Shown: positions 37,183 through 50,184, counted from the stretch's first letter. The stretch: 64,000 nucleotides of DNA from Isurus oxyrinchus (GCA_026770705.1 JANJGN010000008.1:60946001-61010000), one strand, 5' to 3'. The notes: generated by a model from the sequence alone, not told the origin. Made by a program: numbers and translations.

Positions 37183-37802
37183 ATATTATATATATATATC
37201 TATATAAAGACCCATCCCTGGAAATATTGGGGCTGTTAATCTGTTTCTCCCTCCAAAGATGCTGCATGACCTGTGAGTATTTTCAGCAACTTCTGTTAAG
37301 ATTCATAGCATGCCTGGAATAATAATACTTTGGCTGTTGGCTCTTTTAATGGTTTGCAACTGCAATACAGTACTACCTATTATTTCTATACGTAGTTGCT
37401 CTTTTTATTTCTTTTTCTCACCAACTATGGAAGTCTCTGGCTTAGCTAAGACTCTTTCAAAGTTTCAGACAGATGCACTTCAAAGATTACTGACACCCTG
37501 TTTTCTTTTCAAAAGCTTTGCAAAGTTATTGATTTCAAAAGGGCAGGCTGATAAATCCCTTTGAAATTGTAACAGGGTTGTACAGAATTGTGAGTTAAAT
37601 AAATGTTTGTTACTTCAAAAACTGTCAATCAAACATAGCTGGACAAATAAGACAACCATGTTTGTATTTCAACTGAGTAGTTGGGCTTTTTTTCAAGTAA
37701 CGCCCAGTGGATTAATCATACCAAAAACACATTGATTTAAGCTAGGAAACAATTTCTATTGATGGAGCTGATTTGTCACCTTTCACATTGTGTTACATAA
37801 TT

Positions 37803-37860
37803 AAAGGGTCATGAGGACTCGAAACGTCAACTCTTTTCTTTTCCACCGATGCTGCCAGGC
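37803..37860 (+). repeat. Short fragment of the fold-back Penelope family containing the 3' half of the hammerhead
   Basis: aagggtcatgaggactcGAAACGTCaactcttttcttttccaccgatgctgccag. Confidence 0.75.
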
Positions 37861-37997
37861 CTCTCTTTGACCTCCATTCCAATAGTTAGTGTGTAATTTG
37901 AGAGTAACTTAAGCAGACCCTTTTCATTACGGCGAGGTTCACTGATTTTGAGGCTGGAATGAGTCTTAAGTGTAACAGGAGCAGATCATATTCTCGT

Positions 37998-38124
37998 GTG
38001 CAGATTTTCCGGCCCTGCCATGGTGGGACCCACTGCGGGGGAAGCAGTGGTCCAGCCAAAAGTCCATCAACTTTCAGCGGGACTGGACAATCCTGACGGC
38101 GGGCAAGGCTAGAAAATCCCAGCC
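37998..38124. mobile_element. Mini-MITE of about 125 bp
   Basis: GTGCAGATTTTCCGGCCCTGCC...GGCAAGGCTAGAAAATCCCAGCC imperfect TIRs of the Harbinger type. Confidence 0.5.
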
Positions 38125-38699
38125 ATCAAGCCCAAAATACGGGTGTCTCATGTCGTGTTATCAATCGTATTAATTTAAATCCTTGTTTCCGTTAATTTTC
38201 ATTGATCTCATATTGCCAACATTCACAGGTCTTGGCGTTCTAATTTAGGATTCACATCCAAAAAGTAAACATTTTTAAGAATAAGTCTTTTCAAAATTAA
38301 ATTCAAATCGACCATACAAGTGAGTAAGAAATACAAACAAGAGCACCTTTTTTTTAAGAATTGGTAACCAACAATGCAAGGTCCATTAAGCAGCTATATA
38401 ACCATTTTCTACGAGTGAGCAACATCATGGGCAGAGGGGAGTCTCACCTAAAGTCACAAAATTAAGTTGGCGGCCTCAATTCAGAGACTTAAATATGGAA
38501 ATGAGGTTTGCCAGCTGAGTTGCCTCCTTTCTCCACACTCCCAGGTTAACTTAGGTACACTGCAAATTGATTGTGTAAGTTGATTGTGTAATTGAATGTG
38601 TAATTGATTGCCTAATGTCCTGACTCAAGTATACGTCAATTTTATGATATAGAGCTGTATTGCTTGCAAGCACATGTTGTGAGGAGGACACTAATAACA

Positions 38700-40373
38700 T
38701 AACATATTGGGGAACACAGGGTTTAGTGAGAGGGAGGAACTGAAAGAAATCAGTATTAGTAGGGAAATGGTGTTGGGGAAATTGATGGGATTGAAGGCTG
38801 ATAAATCCCCGGGGCCTGATAATCTACATACCAGAGTACTTAAGGAAGTGGCCCTAGAAATAGTGGATGCATTGGTGGTCATCTTCCGAGATTCTATAGA
38901 CTCTGGAACAGTTCCTACAGATTGGAAGGTAGATAATGTAACCCCAATATTTAAAAAGGGAGATAGAGAGAAAACAGGGAATTATAGACCAGTCAGCCTG
39001 ATGTCAGCAGTGGGGAAAATTCTAGAGTTCATTATAAAAGAGTTATTAGCTGAGCACGTGGAAAACAGTGGCAGAATCGGACAGAGTCAGCATGGATTTA
39101 TGAAAAGGAAATCATGCTTGACAAATCTACTGGAATTTTTTGAGGATGCAACTAATAGAGTTGATGAGGGGGAGCCAGTGGATGATGTTTATTTGGACTT
39201 TCAGAAGGCTTTCGACAAAGTCCCACATAAGAGATTGGCGTATAAAATTAAAATGCATGGGATTGGGGGTAGTGTATTGAGATGCATAGAAAACTGGTTG
39301 GCAGACAGGAAACAAAGAGTAGGAATAAATGGGTCTTTTTCCGAATGGCAGGCAGTGACTAGTGGGGTACTGCAGGGATCAGTGCTGGGACCCCAGTTAT
39401 TCATAATATATATTCATTATTTAGGTGAGGGAATTAAATGTAATATCTCCAAATTTGCAGATGACACAAAGCTGGGTCGGAGGGTGAGGTGTGAGGAAGA
39501 TGCAGAGATGCTTCAGTGTGATTTGGACATGCTGAGTGAGTGGGCAAATGCATGGCAGATGCAGTATAATGTGGATAAATGTGAGGTTATCCATTTTGGT
39601 ATCAAAAACAGTAAGGCAGATTATTATCTGAGTGGCTATAAATTGAGAGAGGGGAATATGCAATGAGACCTGGGTGCCCTTGTACACCAGTCGCTGAAGG
39701 TAAGCATGCAGGTGAAGCAGGTGGTAAAGAAGGCAAATGGTATGTTGGCCTTCATAGCCAGAGGATTCGAGTGCAGGAACAGGGATGTCTTGCTGCAATT
39801 GTACAGGGCCTTGGTGAGACCACACCTGGAATATTGTGTGCAGTTTTGGTCTCCTTATCTGAGGAAGGATGTACTTGCTATAGAGGGAGTGTAGCAAAGG
39901 TTTACCCGACTGATTCCCGATGGCGTGACTGACATATGAGGAGAGATTGAGTCGATTAGGATTATATTCGCTGGAGTTCAGAAGAATGAGGGGCGATCTC
40001 ATAGAAACCTATAAAAGTCTAACAGGACTAGACAGGGTAGATGCAGGAAGGATGTTCCTGATGGTGGGGGAGTCCAGAACCAGGGGTCACAGTCTGAGGA
40101 TATGGGGTAGACCATTTAGGACTGAGATGAGGAGAAATTTCTTTACCCAGGGAGTGGTGCGCCTGTGGAATTCGTTACCACAGAAAGTAGTTGAGGCCAA
40201 AACATTGTGTGGTTTCAAGAAGGAGTTAGATATAGCTCTTGGGGCGAAAGGGGTCAAAGAGTATGGGGAGAAAGTGGGAGCAGGCTATTGAATTGGATGA
40301 TCAACCATGATCATGATGAAAGGCGGAGCAGGCTTGAAGGGCTGTATGGCCTACTCCTGTTCCTAGTTTCTAT
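38700..40373 (+). mobile_element. 5'-truncated CR1 LINE (RT half of ORF2)
   Basis: 319-aa ORF 38707-39666 (KSPGPD, NYRPVSL, YLDFQKAFDKVPH, GVLQGSVLGP, SKFADDTKLG) plus C-terminal fragments and 3'UTR. Confidence 0.95.
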
Positions 40374-40947
40374 GGGCAGAATTTTGCCGTCAGTGAGCAG
40401 GGGGTGGGGCCCGCTCACCAACACGTAAAATGACGCAGGATGACATCGGAGGGAATCCCTGACATCATCTCGCCCCATTTAAATTTTCAGGAAGTCGGGG
40501 GCACACCCTGTCAGCTGTGCGCTCGCCGACATGTCATTGGCCAATTGAGGCCATTGACAGGTTCATTTAAACAATTAATGGACCTGCCCATCCAACCTTA
40601 AGGTTGGCGGGCAGGCCAGGAGCCCCGATGGGCAATAGAAAGAACATGAAACCTCATCCAGCGGCAGGATGAGGTTTCATGTAGGGTTTTAAACAGTTTA
40701 ATAAAGTCTTACTGTAACTTATGAACATGTACCCCTGTGCAAAAGAGCGCACTCTTGCTTTTGGGGAATCCCCCCCTGCCCACATGGGAAGCGCATAGCG
40801 CTTCCCGCCAGCAGTCACACTGGACAGGCCTTACTTGGCCCGCTCATGTAAAATGGCGGCGGGGCCCGCTTCTCCGACGGGAATCAGCTCCCTGCCCACT
40901 GGAGATTGGATCGGGCCCGCCCGCCCTTCAGGCAGAAAATTCTGCCC
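40374..40947 (+). mobile_element. Harbinger-family MITE inserted in the CR1 3' tail
   Basis: Perfect 12-bp TIR GGGCAGAATTTT/AAAATTCTGCCC; TSD TAT; central 15-bp-stem hairpin. Confidence 0.88.
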
Positions 40948-42559
40948 TATGTTTTTATATTTCTATAAGACCTTCTCAACTTCATTTTCTTGAATTTCCC
41001 TGCAGATAACTTGTCTTTTGAATCTGAAATTTCAGTAAGGTCTGACATTGTTACCATCTCTTAAAACAAGGGTTTTATTATATTTAACGCTGGATATTGG
41101 CAAGGAACATTTAACTTTGATATTGATTGTGCACAGGGGCACAGTTTTTTCTCTCCTACGTATTTTAGTTTTTTTCAAATCCTTGCAACTGTTCCTAAAG
41201 CACTGCAGAAATTGGCTGTGCAGGGTTATTATCTTATACTTTCTGGATTCAAAATACAGCTAATGATCTTTTGAGGGAATTAACTGGCTATTCACAACAA
41301 TAGAAAAGATTCATGAGTTCCATATTTACGTATAATCCCCACTCTGGCACCTGAAAAGCACATTTCTTCTCCATTTTTTTCCTGAGAATAGTTCTATTTA
41401 TGTATATGATGCCTGTCATTGATGATTCTCACAGCTTGTTTACTGATTTTAAAAAGAAATCCTTCATTACATATAATTTTTATTTACATCCTGGGCTTAT
41501 GTTCTACCTCATGTATTATTTCAGTTTATATTTCCAAAGCTTGTGGAAATTAGCATTCTAATTAAGATATCCCGAGGGTGCATTTGCTGAAAACAGTGAG
41601 ACCATTAAGGTATTAATCTGATATCCTGTTATTTGAGTGCATTAATTCTATGGATTGTTAAATTCAAAGGCTGTACCTTTTTTGAGTACTTTGCCTCCAT
41701 ATCTGACTGTAACATCACAGAAGCCATAAGCAAATGAAAATGAATTTTGAAAGCTTTGAAGATCACTTGAAATCTATTGATTGAAAGAGCTTTTTGTTCA
41801 AAGTGTCAGACAGTAACTTCAATTAAGAGTTTGTAGGAGTAATTCAACAGCTGTGGAGGAGAGATTGATCTCTGCTGTCTGGATTTGCTTTGAAGAGAAT
41901 AAAGGCTTCAGCTTTTGTTATTGTGCAAGAGTGCTGGCTATTATTACCTGCAGTACCTGAAGTGAGATGCAAGAGGATCGCAACCGCAATTGTTCACTTC
42001 CCTCTTCCAAGATTCAAATTGAGCAGTAGGACATTTAAAAATTTACTGATGGTCTGTTTGCAAGAATTGTCGATGAACGGACTAATTCGAATGACTGTGA
42101 GATTTCACTGTTTAAACAAAATGTAAGCATTGTTTTGTATTCACTTTTTCAGAAGGGGCAGAACAAATCACTGCTAAAATATTTAAGACAGGCAAATCTA
42201 ACTCTTGAATTAGCTTATGCATTTATTTTATTCTCATATTAAGGGTCCTTTGTAAAATCGTTTTCAAAATTGTAGTCTTTATTAGGCTGATAGGAAACAA
42301 ATAATTTTTATTTGACCTTTAGAACCTTTTGCTTATGTCATCATAAAAAAATCCCAAAAGATCAATCTGAATTTTGAACAAGATGTATTGGTATCAATAA
42401 TGTCAAATACACAAATATTTATCTGTCCATCTATAGCTACCGCTCCCAGCTCAAAACACTGAAGACTTTGTGTCTAGAGACACACAAGGCAGACAAAGCA
42501 TATGCTTTCATCTGTTTTCTATGGTTTGTTTTTCCTGGAACAGGACCGAACAGAAGGCA

Positions 42560-42770
42560 GAGGCTGTAGCTTGAGGGGGGCCACTCTGCATCAAGCATGG
42601 CTGACTAGGATTCTCTTCCATCTGCAGTAGGTGTGTTGGAAAGATTTGAGGTTGATAATCAACCTGTTTGGCCGTGTTATGAATGTATTTCATCAAGTCC
42701 CTAGAGTAGGACTTGAACCTACAACTTCCAGCTCAGAGGTAGACGTGCTAGCCACTGTGCCACAAGACCT
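42560..42770 (-). mobile_element. tRNA-derived SINE, decayed
   Basis: Minus-strand head ggtcttgTGGCACAGTGGctagc...gtagGTTCAAGTCc with Pol III A and B boxes. Confidence 0.6.
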
Positions 42771-43477
42771 CCTCAATGCACACACAAGGCCTAATGATTA
42801 AGAATGTTGGAATATTTGTGCTTTGTGCAAATTTACAATTAATTACTTGCGAACTAGATAATTTTAAAGTAGAGCTAGTTAATTAACAGCATAACAGATT
42901 TAATTGACTTCTTCCCCATTGAACCAGGAAATGATGAGATTATACTATGATTAAAATGCATTTACCTCATTCTACTGCAAGTATTTTATGCAGTAATCAG
43001 AGAGGTGAAAATTTTCATTCACTTACTCAAGGTTATATTGAAAACAAGGCCAAAGAGAGATATGACTAAGTCCTAACCAACTATGCCATCCAATTGCCAT
43101 TCATACAATCCATTTATTTCAAGCCCATTTATGCAGGCATCCTCCATGGCCAGAATTTTATGTCTTTGGAGCAAACGCACGGCAGTCCCGAATTCACGTG
43201 AAATTGTGCGAGAGGAGATTGGGCGGGCATCCGACATTATTGCGCTGTCATGCTATATTACAGTTGGTGGACACATGCAGGAGTTGGAAGCACACCCACT
43301 GATAAATAAAGGGGCAATTAAGCCAATTGAAAAGGAAATTGTCTGGAATTTTATGTGGTCTGTGCAATTTAATGTTTGGCGCACAGGCCACTCGACCAGG
43401 TGGCCATCACCATTTTAATTGAAACTCGATCCAAGGCAGGATAAAAGTCAACCAGAACCATCGCAATTAGAGTAGGT

Positions 43478-43805
43478 TCACCAAGGCTTCTTCGACAGCA
43501 CCTTCCAAACCCAAGACCACTATCATCTAGAAGGACAAGAGCAGCAGATATATGGGAACGCCATCATCTGGAAGTTCCCCTCCAAGTCATTCACTATCCT
43601 GACTTGGAAATATATCGCTGTTCCTTCACTGTTTCTGGGTCAAAATCCTGGAACTCCCTTCCTAACAGCACTGTGAGTGTACCTACACCACATGGAGTGC
43701 AGCAGTTCAAAAAAGCAGCTCATCACCAGCTTCTCAAGGTCAACTAGGGATGGGCAATAAATGCTGGCCAAGCCAGTGAAGCCCACATCCCATGAATGAA
43801 TAAGA
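43478..43805 (+). mobile_element. 3' fragment of the second LINE family nested in the Harbinger
   Basis: caccttccaaacc..gggtcaaaatcctggaactcccttcctaacagc..gggcaataaatgctggcc..gcccacatcccatgaatgaa. Confidence 0.8.
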
Positions 43806-43969
43806 TAAAAAGGTAGGAATTTAGATGTGAGTTTGTTGAAGGTGGCTTTCACATAGTTCATTGCATTTTCTGTATTTTCTGGAGTACTCTTTGGGTTACA
43901 GGTTTTCTCAGAGGATTTCAGCCGAGTGCCCCCTTCAGTGCATTATCCTGTGCTATCTGTATTTCAGCA

Positions 43970-45190
43970 AATGGGGATTGTCTATTCTGCTGGAGGGACC
44001 TCCTCCATTGAAGGGGAGAGGGCCAGAAGGGAGAGGAGGCCTGTTGTAGCATCCCAGAGTGCAAACTGGGAAGAGAGGTGCAGCCAGAGAGGGTGCTGGG
44101 CTAGCAGGAAGTCCAAGGAGGAAGGGTCCACAGACGACGCCATTATCCTGCATCAAGAGTTTACAGGCAGCACTCTGGCTACCTGGACATGTCTGAGGTC
44201 CAATGCCGAAGGAGGCTCCACCTCTCTGGGGAGACTGTGACCTCCATATGCCACATGATTGGCCCCGAGGTCGGCTCAAACTGTGTAGGTGGCCATCCTA
44301 TGCCAGTGGCTCTTAAGGTTACAGTGGCCCTGAACTTTTTTGCCCCTGGTTCTTTCCAAAGGTCAGCGGGAGATTTATGTGCTGTTTGCAAATCTGCTGC
44401 CCCCAGCTACATCAAGCCAGTCACTGATGCTCTGTTGAGACAGACCAGTAACTTCATTCATTTCCAGACTGATGAAGCCAGCCAGGCTGAGTGAACCAGA
44501 GGTTTTGCTGCAATTGCCGGATTCTCCCCAAACAGGGAGCCATAGATTGGACTCATGTGGCCATAAAAGTATCAGAGGGTAGCCTGGTGCCTTTGTTAAC
44601 AGAAAGGGTTTCCACTCCCTGAATATCCAGATTATTTGCGACCAAAAAACACAAATTTTGCAGGTCTGTGCCAGGTACCCTGGCAGATGCCACGATATGT
44701 ACATTTTGCAGCATTCCCAGATGTCAAGGCTGTTCATCATTCCAGCTCAGTTGGATGATTGGCTCCTGCGTGACAAAGGCTATCCCTTGAAAAGGTGGCT
44801 CTTAACACCACTCAGACACCCAAGAATAGAAGAGGAGGAGGGGTACAATAGGAGTCAAGGGTCTACATGGGCAGGGAGAGAACCATTGGGTGGCTCAAGG
44901 TGAAGTACCGCTCCCTGGACGGACCAGGGGGAGCACTTAAATATCTTCCAGAGCATGCCTCGCTTATTGTGCAGTGCGCACCACACAATGACAATCTGGC
45001 TCAGTCAATGGGGGACCTGTTGGAGGATGAAGACAGCAAGGCAGCTCCACAGGCCACAGAGAATGACTCAAGTGATGGGCGTGAGGAGGAGTCAGAAGTG
45101 GCCCTGGGTGAGGACGTGGATGCGGAAGTGAGGAACATTATGGAAGGCAGGGAGTCCAAAGAGGCCTTGATTCTCTGTTCTTTCATCTAG
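43970..45190 (+). pseudogene. Harbinger DDE transposase, the least decayed copy
   Basis: RRRHYP..RVYRQ..YLDMSEVQCRRRLHLS.ETV..IC..; GGHPMPVALKVTVALNFFAPGSFQ; FVNRKGFHSLNIQIICD; QVCARYPGRCHD.YIL; WLLRDKGYPLKRWLLTP; ERTIGWLKVKYRSLD; acidic tail; stops and frameshifts. Confidence 0.9.
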
Positions 45191-45399
45191 GCATCCAAGG
45201 CATGGCTTGAAAGTAAGGGCAACGGTGAGTCCTGCTTGCTGAATGTTCCTGATGAGGCCATCCTGTCACCCATATGTCAAGTAACGACCTCTGAGATAAA
45301 GTTGCAGCCCATCCCTTCTGTCACAAGCCACTCCCATGCCCTCCACCTATGAAAAAACACGAAGCACAATCAGGCTTCTTCTTATCATGTCCACGGACA

Positions 45400-45870
45400 G
45401 TCTATACATGGCCCAGCCAGAACTGGACACATTTTTGCGCCTTGTTGAATTCGGCAAGATCTGCAACAGTGCAGGGTTCCTCTAGTGATAGGCATTGCAG
45501 GAGATGTTGCATAGTCTGTGGCTCAGTTCCACATTCACAAGTTGTTGGGCTGGTTGTATATTCCCATTTGCTTAGTGACTCCATTGAACGACCTATACCA
45601 GTCCTAAGCCTATTAAGGCACTTCCAGGTTGCCCAGTTGCAATTAGCTCCTGGGGCATTTTGGTAGAATTTCCATTGCTGGGGTTATTCGAGACTGGCGA
45701 GCCGGTCTTTCCACAAGGCGATGCGGGCTTCAGATGGGGTTGATTGTAATGGAACAACACTGTTTATGAAGCTCTTCCTTGACTTTAGGCATCTGGGAGT
45801 AGGTGTTTGACGATGTAGAGGGTGCCTCTCATCTGATGTTTGACGGAGTCACTCTTTCTTGCTGGCTACC
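45400..45870 (-). mobile_element. 3' fragment of an Ingi/Vingi- or RTE-X-like LINE
   Basis: WKCLNRLRTGIGRSMESLSKWEY..SPTTCECGTEPQTMQHLLQC C-terminal Zn-knuckle-like motif. Confidence 0.65.
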
Positions 45871-47199
45871 GTTCTTCTTATATCAGGGGGAGCAATACCC
45901 ATCAGGATATATAGGCTTTTGGTGTTTGACAATGTCACATGAGATGGGACATGTTCGTAATTTATGGATCAACTTTATTAAAATTTTTAACACCCTCCAT
46001 GAAACCTCATCCTGCCGCTGGATGAGGTTTCATGTTTTCTCTATTTGCCGCCGGGGCTCTTAGCCTGCCCACCAACCTTAAGGTTGGACGGGCAGGTCCT
46101 TTAATTGCTTAAATGATCCTGTCAATAGTCTCAATTGGCTATTGACATGTCGGCAGGCGGACAGCTGATTTTGCTGTGCTCCCGCTTTCCTGAAAATTTA
46201 AATGGGGCGGGGTGACGTCAGGGGTTCTGCCCAATGTCCAGCGGGCCCCACCCCCTGCTCGCCGACTGCAAAATTCTGCCCAAGGAATTTATTTCCCATC
46301 TTACCACATTCACAACAATGACCCTTTCCATGTCATCAATATAAATGCTGGCACACTATATTTGTTAAGTGTTTGAAGTTTCTAACAGTATTAAAGGCCT
46401 TCTTTTATGACCACTTTTGTTGACGGGCCCATATTCTCTGCACTCTTTCAGCCAAAACAGAGGGGAGGAGAAACAAGAGCTTCACTGTGTTCTTGTTGCT
46501 TTTTCTTTTGGGACTATCAGAGTAATTATAACCCTCAAGAATAGGTAGGGTTTGGATTGGATGAAAAGTAAATGTTTAATAAATGTTAAATACAACCCCG
46601 AGCTTCCAGTTTCTGGTTATAATGCAGGTGGGCAGGAGTCGGACAACCAATCCACTCTCAGGAAGTGGGTGGGTTGGTTGGTAACATTTTTTAAGGAGGC
46701 TGCGTGCCTTTATTTCTGCAGGCTTTTAATTTTTTTACTTATTTCAAGCAGGTTTCCCAGGCCTCAGGAAATCTGGCAGGTCAAAGGAAGCTTGGAGTGT
46801 TGGATCCATCAGCTAAGTGCATTTATAATATCCCTTGTAGGCCAGGATGGGCAGGGGTATCTCCTCCAGGCCCAGCAAGCTTAACTGCTTCCCTCCCCAT
46901 GCTGATTTCCCACCTTCACAATATACAGAGTTCCCTCCCAAATTCCCCACATTTTGCTCTAATTCCCAATACCACCACACACCCCCCCACCCCCCACCCC
47001 AATCTCCTGCCACTTCAGCACGCCTGCCAGGCCATAATCTCTCCCTCCATTCACCACCATCTCACTGTCCTGGCCATAATCTCTCTCCCCAGCTTCAATT
47101 TATCCCCTCACAACCATGAGCCCCTGCCTAATCAAGATCTCCCGTACCCTGTGATTTCTCCCTCCTTCCCCACCTGCCCTCCTCTTTGGCTGTGGCCTT

Positions 47200-47620
47200 A
47201 TGAACATACAAACATGCGAATTAGGAGCAGGAGTAGGCCACTCAGCCCTTCGAGCCTGCTCTGCCATTCAATAAGATCATGGCGATCTGACTGTAACCTC
47301 AACTCCACGTTCTTGTGTACCCTTGAAAACTTTTGACTTTCTTGCTTATGAAGAATCTAACTCTGCCTTAAAATTTTCAGACTCTGCTTCCACCTTTTGA
47401 GGAAGAGAGTTCTAAAGACTCACAACCCTCTGAGAGAAAAAAAAATTCCTCTTCTCTGTCTTAAATGAGCGACCCCTTATTTTTAAATAGTGACCCCCCC
47501 TGGTTCCAGATCATCCCACAAGAGTGAACATCTTCTCCACATCCACCCTGTCAAGACCCCTCAAAATCTTAAAGGTTCCAATCAAATTGACTCTTACCCT
47601 TCTAAACTCAGGTGGATACA
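47200..47620 (-). mobile_element. CR1 3' fragment inside a decayed MITE-like element (about 46520-47830)
   Basis: ttaggagcaggagtaggcca..gagcctgctctgccattcaataagatcatgg 3'UTR plus ORF2 end. Confidence 0.8.
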
Positions 47621-47948
47621 AGCTTTCCAATCTTTCCAGCCTTGAATGCAGGAATTCCTGCTGACAGGCATGTTTTCTGTTATCCAGACTGTCTGTCCGG
47701 CAAGAAACACGGTGAATGTTCTAAACTGTGCTAATTTTAGCAGGTCGACCAGGAAACTGGAATGGGTTTCCCATTTGGAAATCCTTCCCCCTCCCTAACA
47801 CCAGGTCCTTTCCTACCTCCCTGTAAATATCAGTCTTTTGGCTTTTGGTCATCCTTCGAGAAGAGGCATATGATGTTATTTACCTACATTTTTCCAGGGT
47901 TCCTCAGGGCTTTGTTTACATTTCAGGATTGTAAGACCAACCCCAAGC

Positions 47949-48649
47949 CAATAAACCACATATAGATCAACAAAATTAGAATTGTCCCCAGCATGTCAGC
48001 ATAAGTGGGTAGGACATTGGTCTGTTCTGTCACTAGCAATAGCTTCATTTGAAAAGGGAGGTAATTGTGCATTCAAATCACAAGTTTGCAAAAGCAAATT
48101 GATCTCTTGTCTCCAAGCAAGTATTCCTGGTTTGATGAATAGCCACCTTAATTGGCTAACTGTACTCAGTTGCTGAGTGTTAGTTTGGGGCAAACAAAAA
48201 GATTTCTTGTAAATTTGATTTTAATGGAGGTTTGAATAGCAGCTAATAGTGGACAAATCAGTCAAGTACATTCAGGAATAGAGGGTAAAAGTTAGATGCC
48301 AACCATGAATTCTAAGCAGTAAGAGCCTTTTTTGTAATTAAGACCTGCATTTGGAACAAGAAGGCAAAGTGACTGATTATTTAGGCCCTGACGTTCAAGA
48401 TAGAAAATTGATGTAAAAGGAAAGGCATGGTATTGTGGAAACAAAAATCTATCACCTATCTAATATATGTCAATAAACCACATATAAATCAACAAAATTA
48501 GAATTTTCCCCAACATGTCAACATAAATGAGTAGGACATTGGTCTGTTCTGTCACTAGCTATTGCTTCAATTAAAAAGGAAGGTAATTGCGCATTCAAAT
48601 TACAAGTTTACAAAAGCAAATTGATCTCTTGTCTCCAAGCCAGTATTTC
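47949..48649. repeat. About 180-bp direct duplication (47949-48127 and 48471-48649)
   Basis: caataaaccacatata.atcaacaaaattagaatt...gtaggacattggtctgttctgtcactagc...caaaagcaaattgatctcttgtctccaagc present twice, 522 bp apart. Confidence 0.9.
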
Positions 48650-49080
48650 ACAGGATATTGTCTTTATTACAGTGGAGGGAATTTCTTTTTCATAGTCCTG
48701 TCATGTTTACACTCAGGATGAAATGCGATGGCCTTGAGGCTTTATATATATATAAAAAAAAACCTGAACCTTGAAACTTGACTAAAATCAAATTCCAGGT
48801 ACATTGAACAGAAATACTTACCCTCTTCAATACCATTTCAATTCGCATCTCTATGGGATGGCAATCTGGATGTACATTATATCATCATTATATCGCCTAT
48901 CATGCATTGCCTTTTTGTTGCTTTCTCACCTGTATAAGCTATTACTGAGAATTGGCATGATGTTTGAGTTGATTAGTTTGTTATCTTCTAATGGTGGTTT
49001 GAGTCACATCAGGTTTTTATGGGTTATATTAGTTTGCAAATTGTTTTTCTTTTGACTTGCACTTTTTTTCAAATTTATCA

Positions 49081-50150
49081 GGAGAGAAATTGGAATTTTT
49101 GTGCTGGTTTTCGGAGTGCTTTTAGTATCCCTAGAACTACAAAATTTCATCTGTAGTGCTCGTGCACACTTTTGATGCAAATTACGGCAGATGCCATATT
49201 GTCAAGAATGTTAACACCCACGCAGTGAATGGCCACCGAAAGTATGCAGCAAGGCAGATCATGACACTAACTGATATTTGATGTCAGTGGTGTCATTTTG
49301 GAGCTCAGTGTTCATCGTCAACTACTTACAGATTAGCTGCTTCTTCTGGCTGTTGCTTTCATTCTACAAGTATTTGGTGCTTTGTATATTTGTTTAAAGT
49401 TGGAAAACTCTACAGGAAATGGTATGTCAGGTGCCAAAGAAGTTTTTGCTGACTTCTAGGCTTTTTCACAAAACAGTTTCTTCCAGACATGGATGCACTA
49501 GAAGGTATTCACCTTGGAAAACATCATGACTTAGAAAATGAACAAGAGACCATGCAGAGAGGGACATGCTGCTGGTATAGAAGGAGGAAGGGGAAGAGCA
49601 GCTCATAGCAGGAAGACATATCCACCCAAGATGTTCAGGGAGCAATTCTTCTAACTGAACCACAGAAAGGAACAATGAGTGATAAACATCTCACACCTCA
49701 ATAAGGATGTCCTCATTGGAATCTGCTGCAGCCATAACTGAAACTTCACAGGACAAGGACAGCAATGCCAGTGCTTGCAAGGTGAGTGTGGCTATGAATT
49801 TTAATGCGACTAGCTCCAACGAGGCTAGAGTTGGAGATATTTGTAATATTTTTTAGTTTACCATCCACTGTTGTTGAGGGAAGTCACTGAGGCCCTCTTT
49901 TCAATGAGAACATGTCAATTCTGCTCTATACTGGAAGCGAGAGGGATTCCACTCCTTCAACATACAGCTGGTGTTTAACCATACACAGTAAATCATGCAG
50001 CTCAATACCCAATATTCTGGCATCAATTGTGATGCCTTCATTCAGTGGCAGTGCACTGTACCAGCTACATTTGAGCCTCCATATAAAACCAAAGGTTGGC
50101 TACTGAGTGATGAGCTGCCTGTTAAGCGCATGGCTAATGACTTCACTGTG
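49081..50150 (+). mobile_element. Highly decayed Harbinger (end plus transposase 5' half)
   Basis: GRHIHPRCSGSN/YPPKMFREQF region, NKDVLIGIC, MPVLA..VAMNF.AT, AVVGDICNI..F.IHCC; similar to 82-267 plus 23457+. Confidence 0.55.
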
Positions 50151-50184
50151 TAAAATATGCAGAGATTGCAGCATGCATTTAATC

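Larger units (their letters stand above)
43147..46281 (+). mobile_element. Harbinger element with transposase pseudogene and no visible Myb gene; possibly composite
   Basis: Left end GGCCAGAATTTT; right end AAAATTCTGCCC (45935-46281 is the reverse complement of MITE 40374-40735); flanks CAT/AAG do not match. Confidence 0.65.

Noticed and set aside
38568-38612. Short gattgtgtaa tandem repeat
   Set aside because: Ordinary degenerate minisatellite of 3-4 units.
39421-40002. 193-aa antisense ORF, and similar ORFs at 20203-20631 and 21107-21883
   Set aside because: Shadow frames opposite CR1 ORF2.
43970-45190. Domesticated host HARBI1 gene
   Set aside because: It has stops and frameshifts, is flanked by TIR-type ends and is one of several similar relics, so it is a transposon pseudogene.
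46704-47336. 210-aa ORF
   Set aside because: It runs across a C-rich MITE interior into an antisense CR1 3'UTR; low complexity and chimeric.
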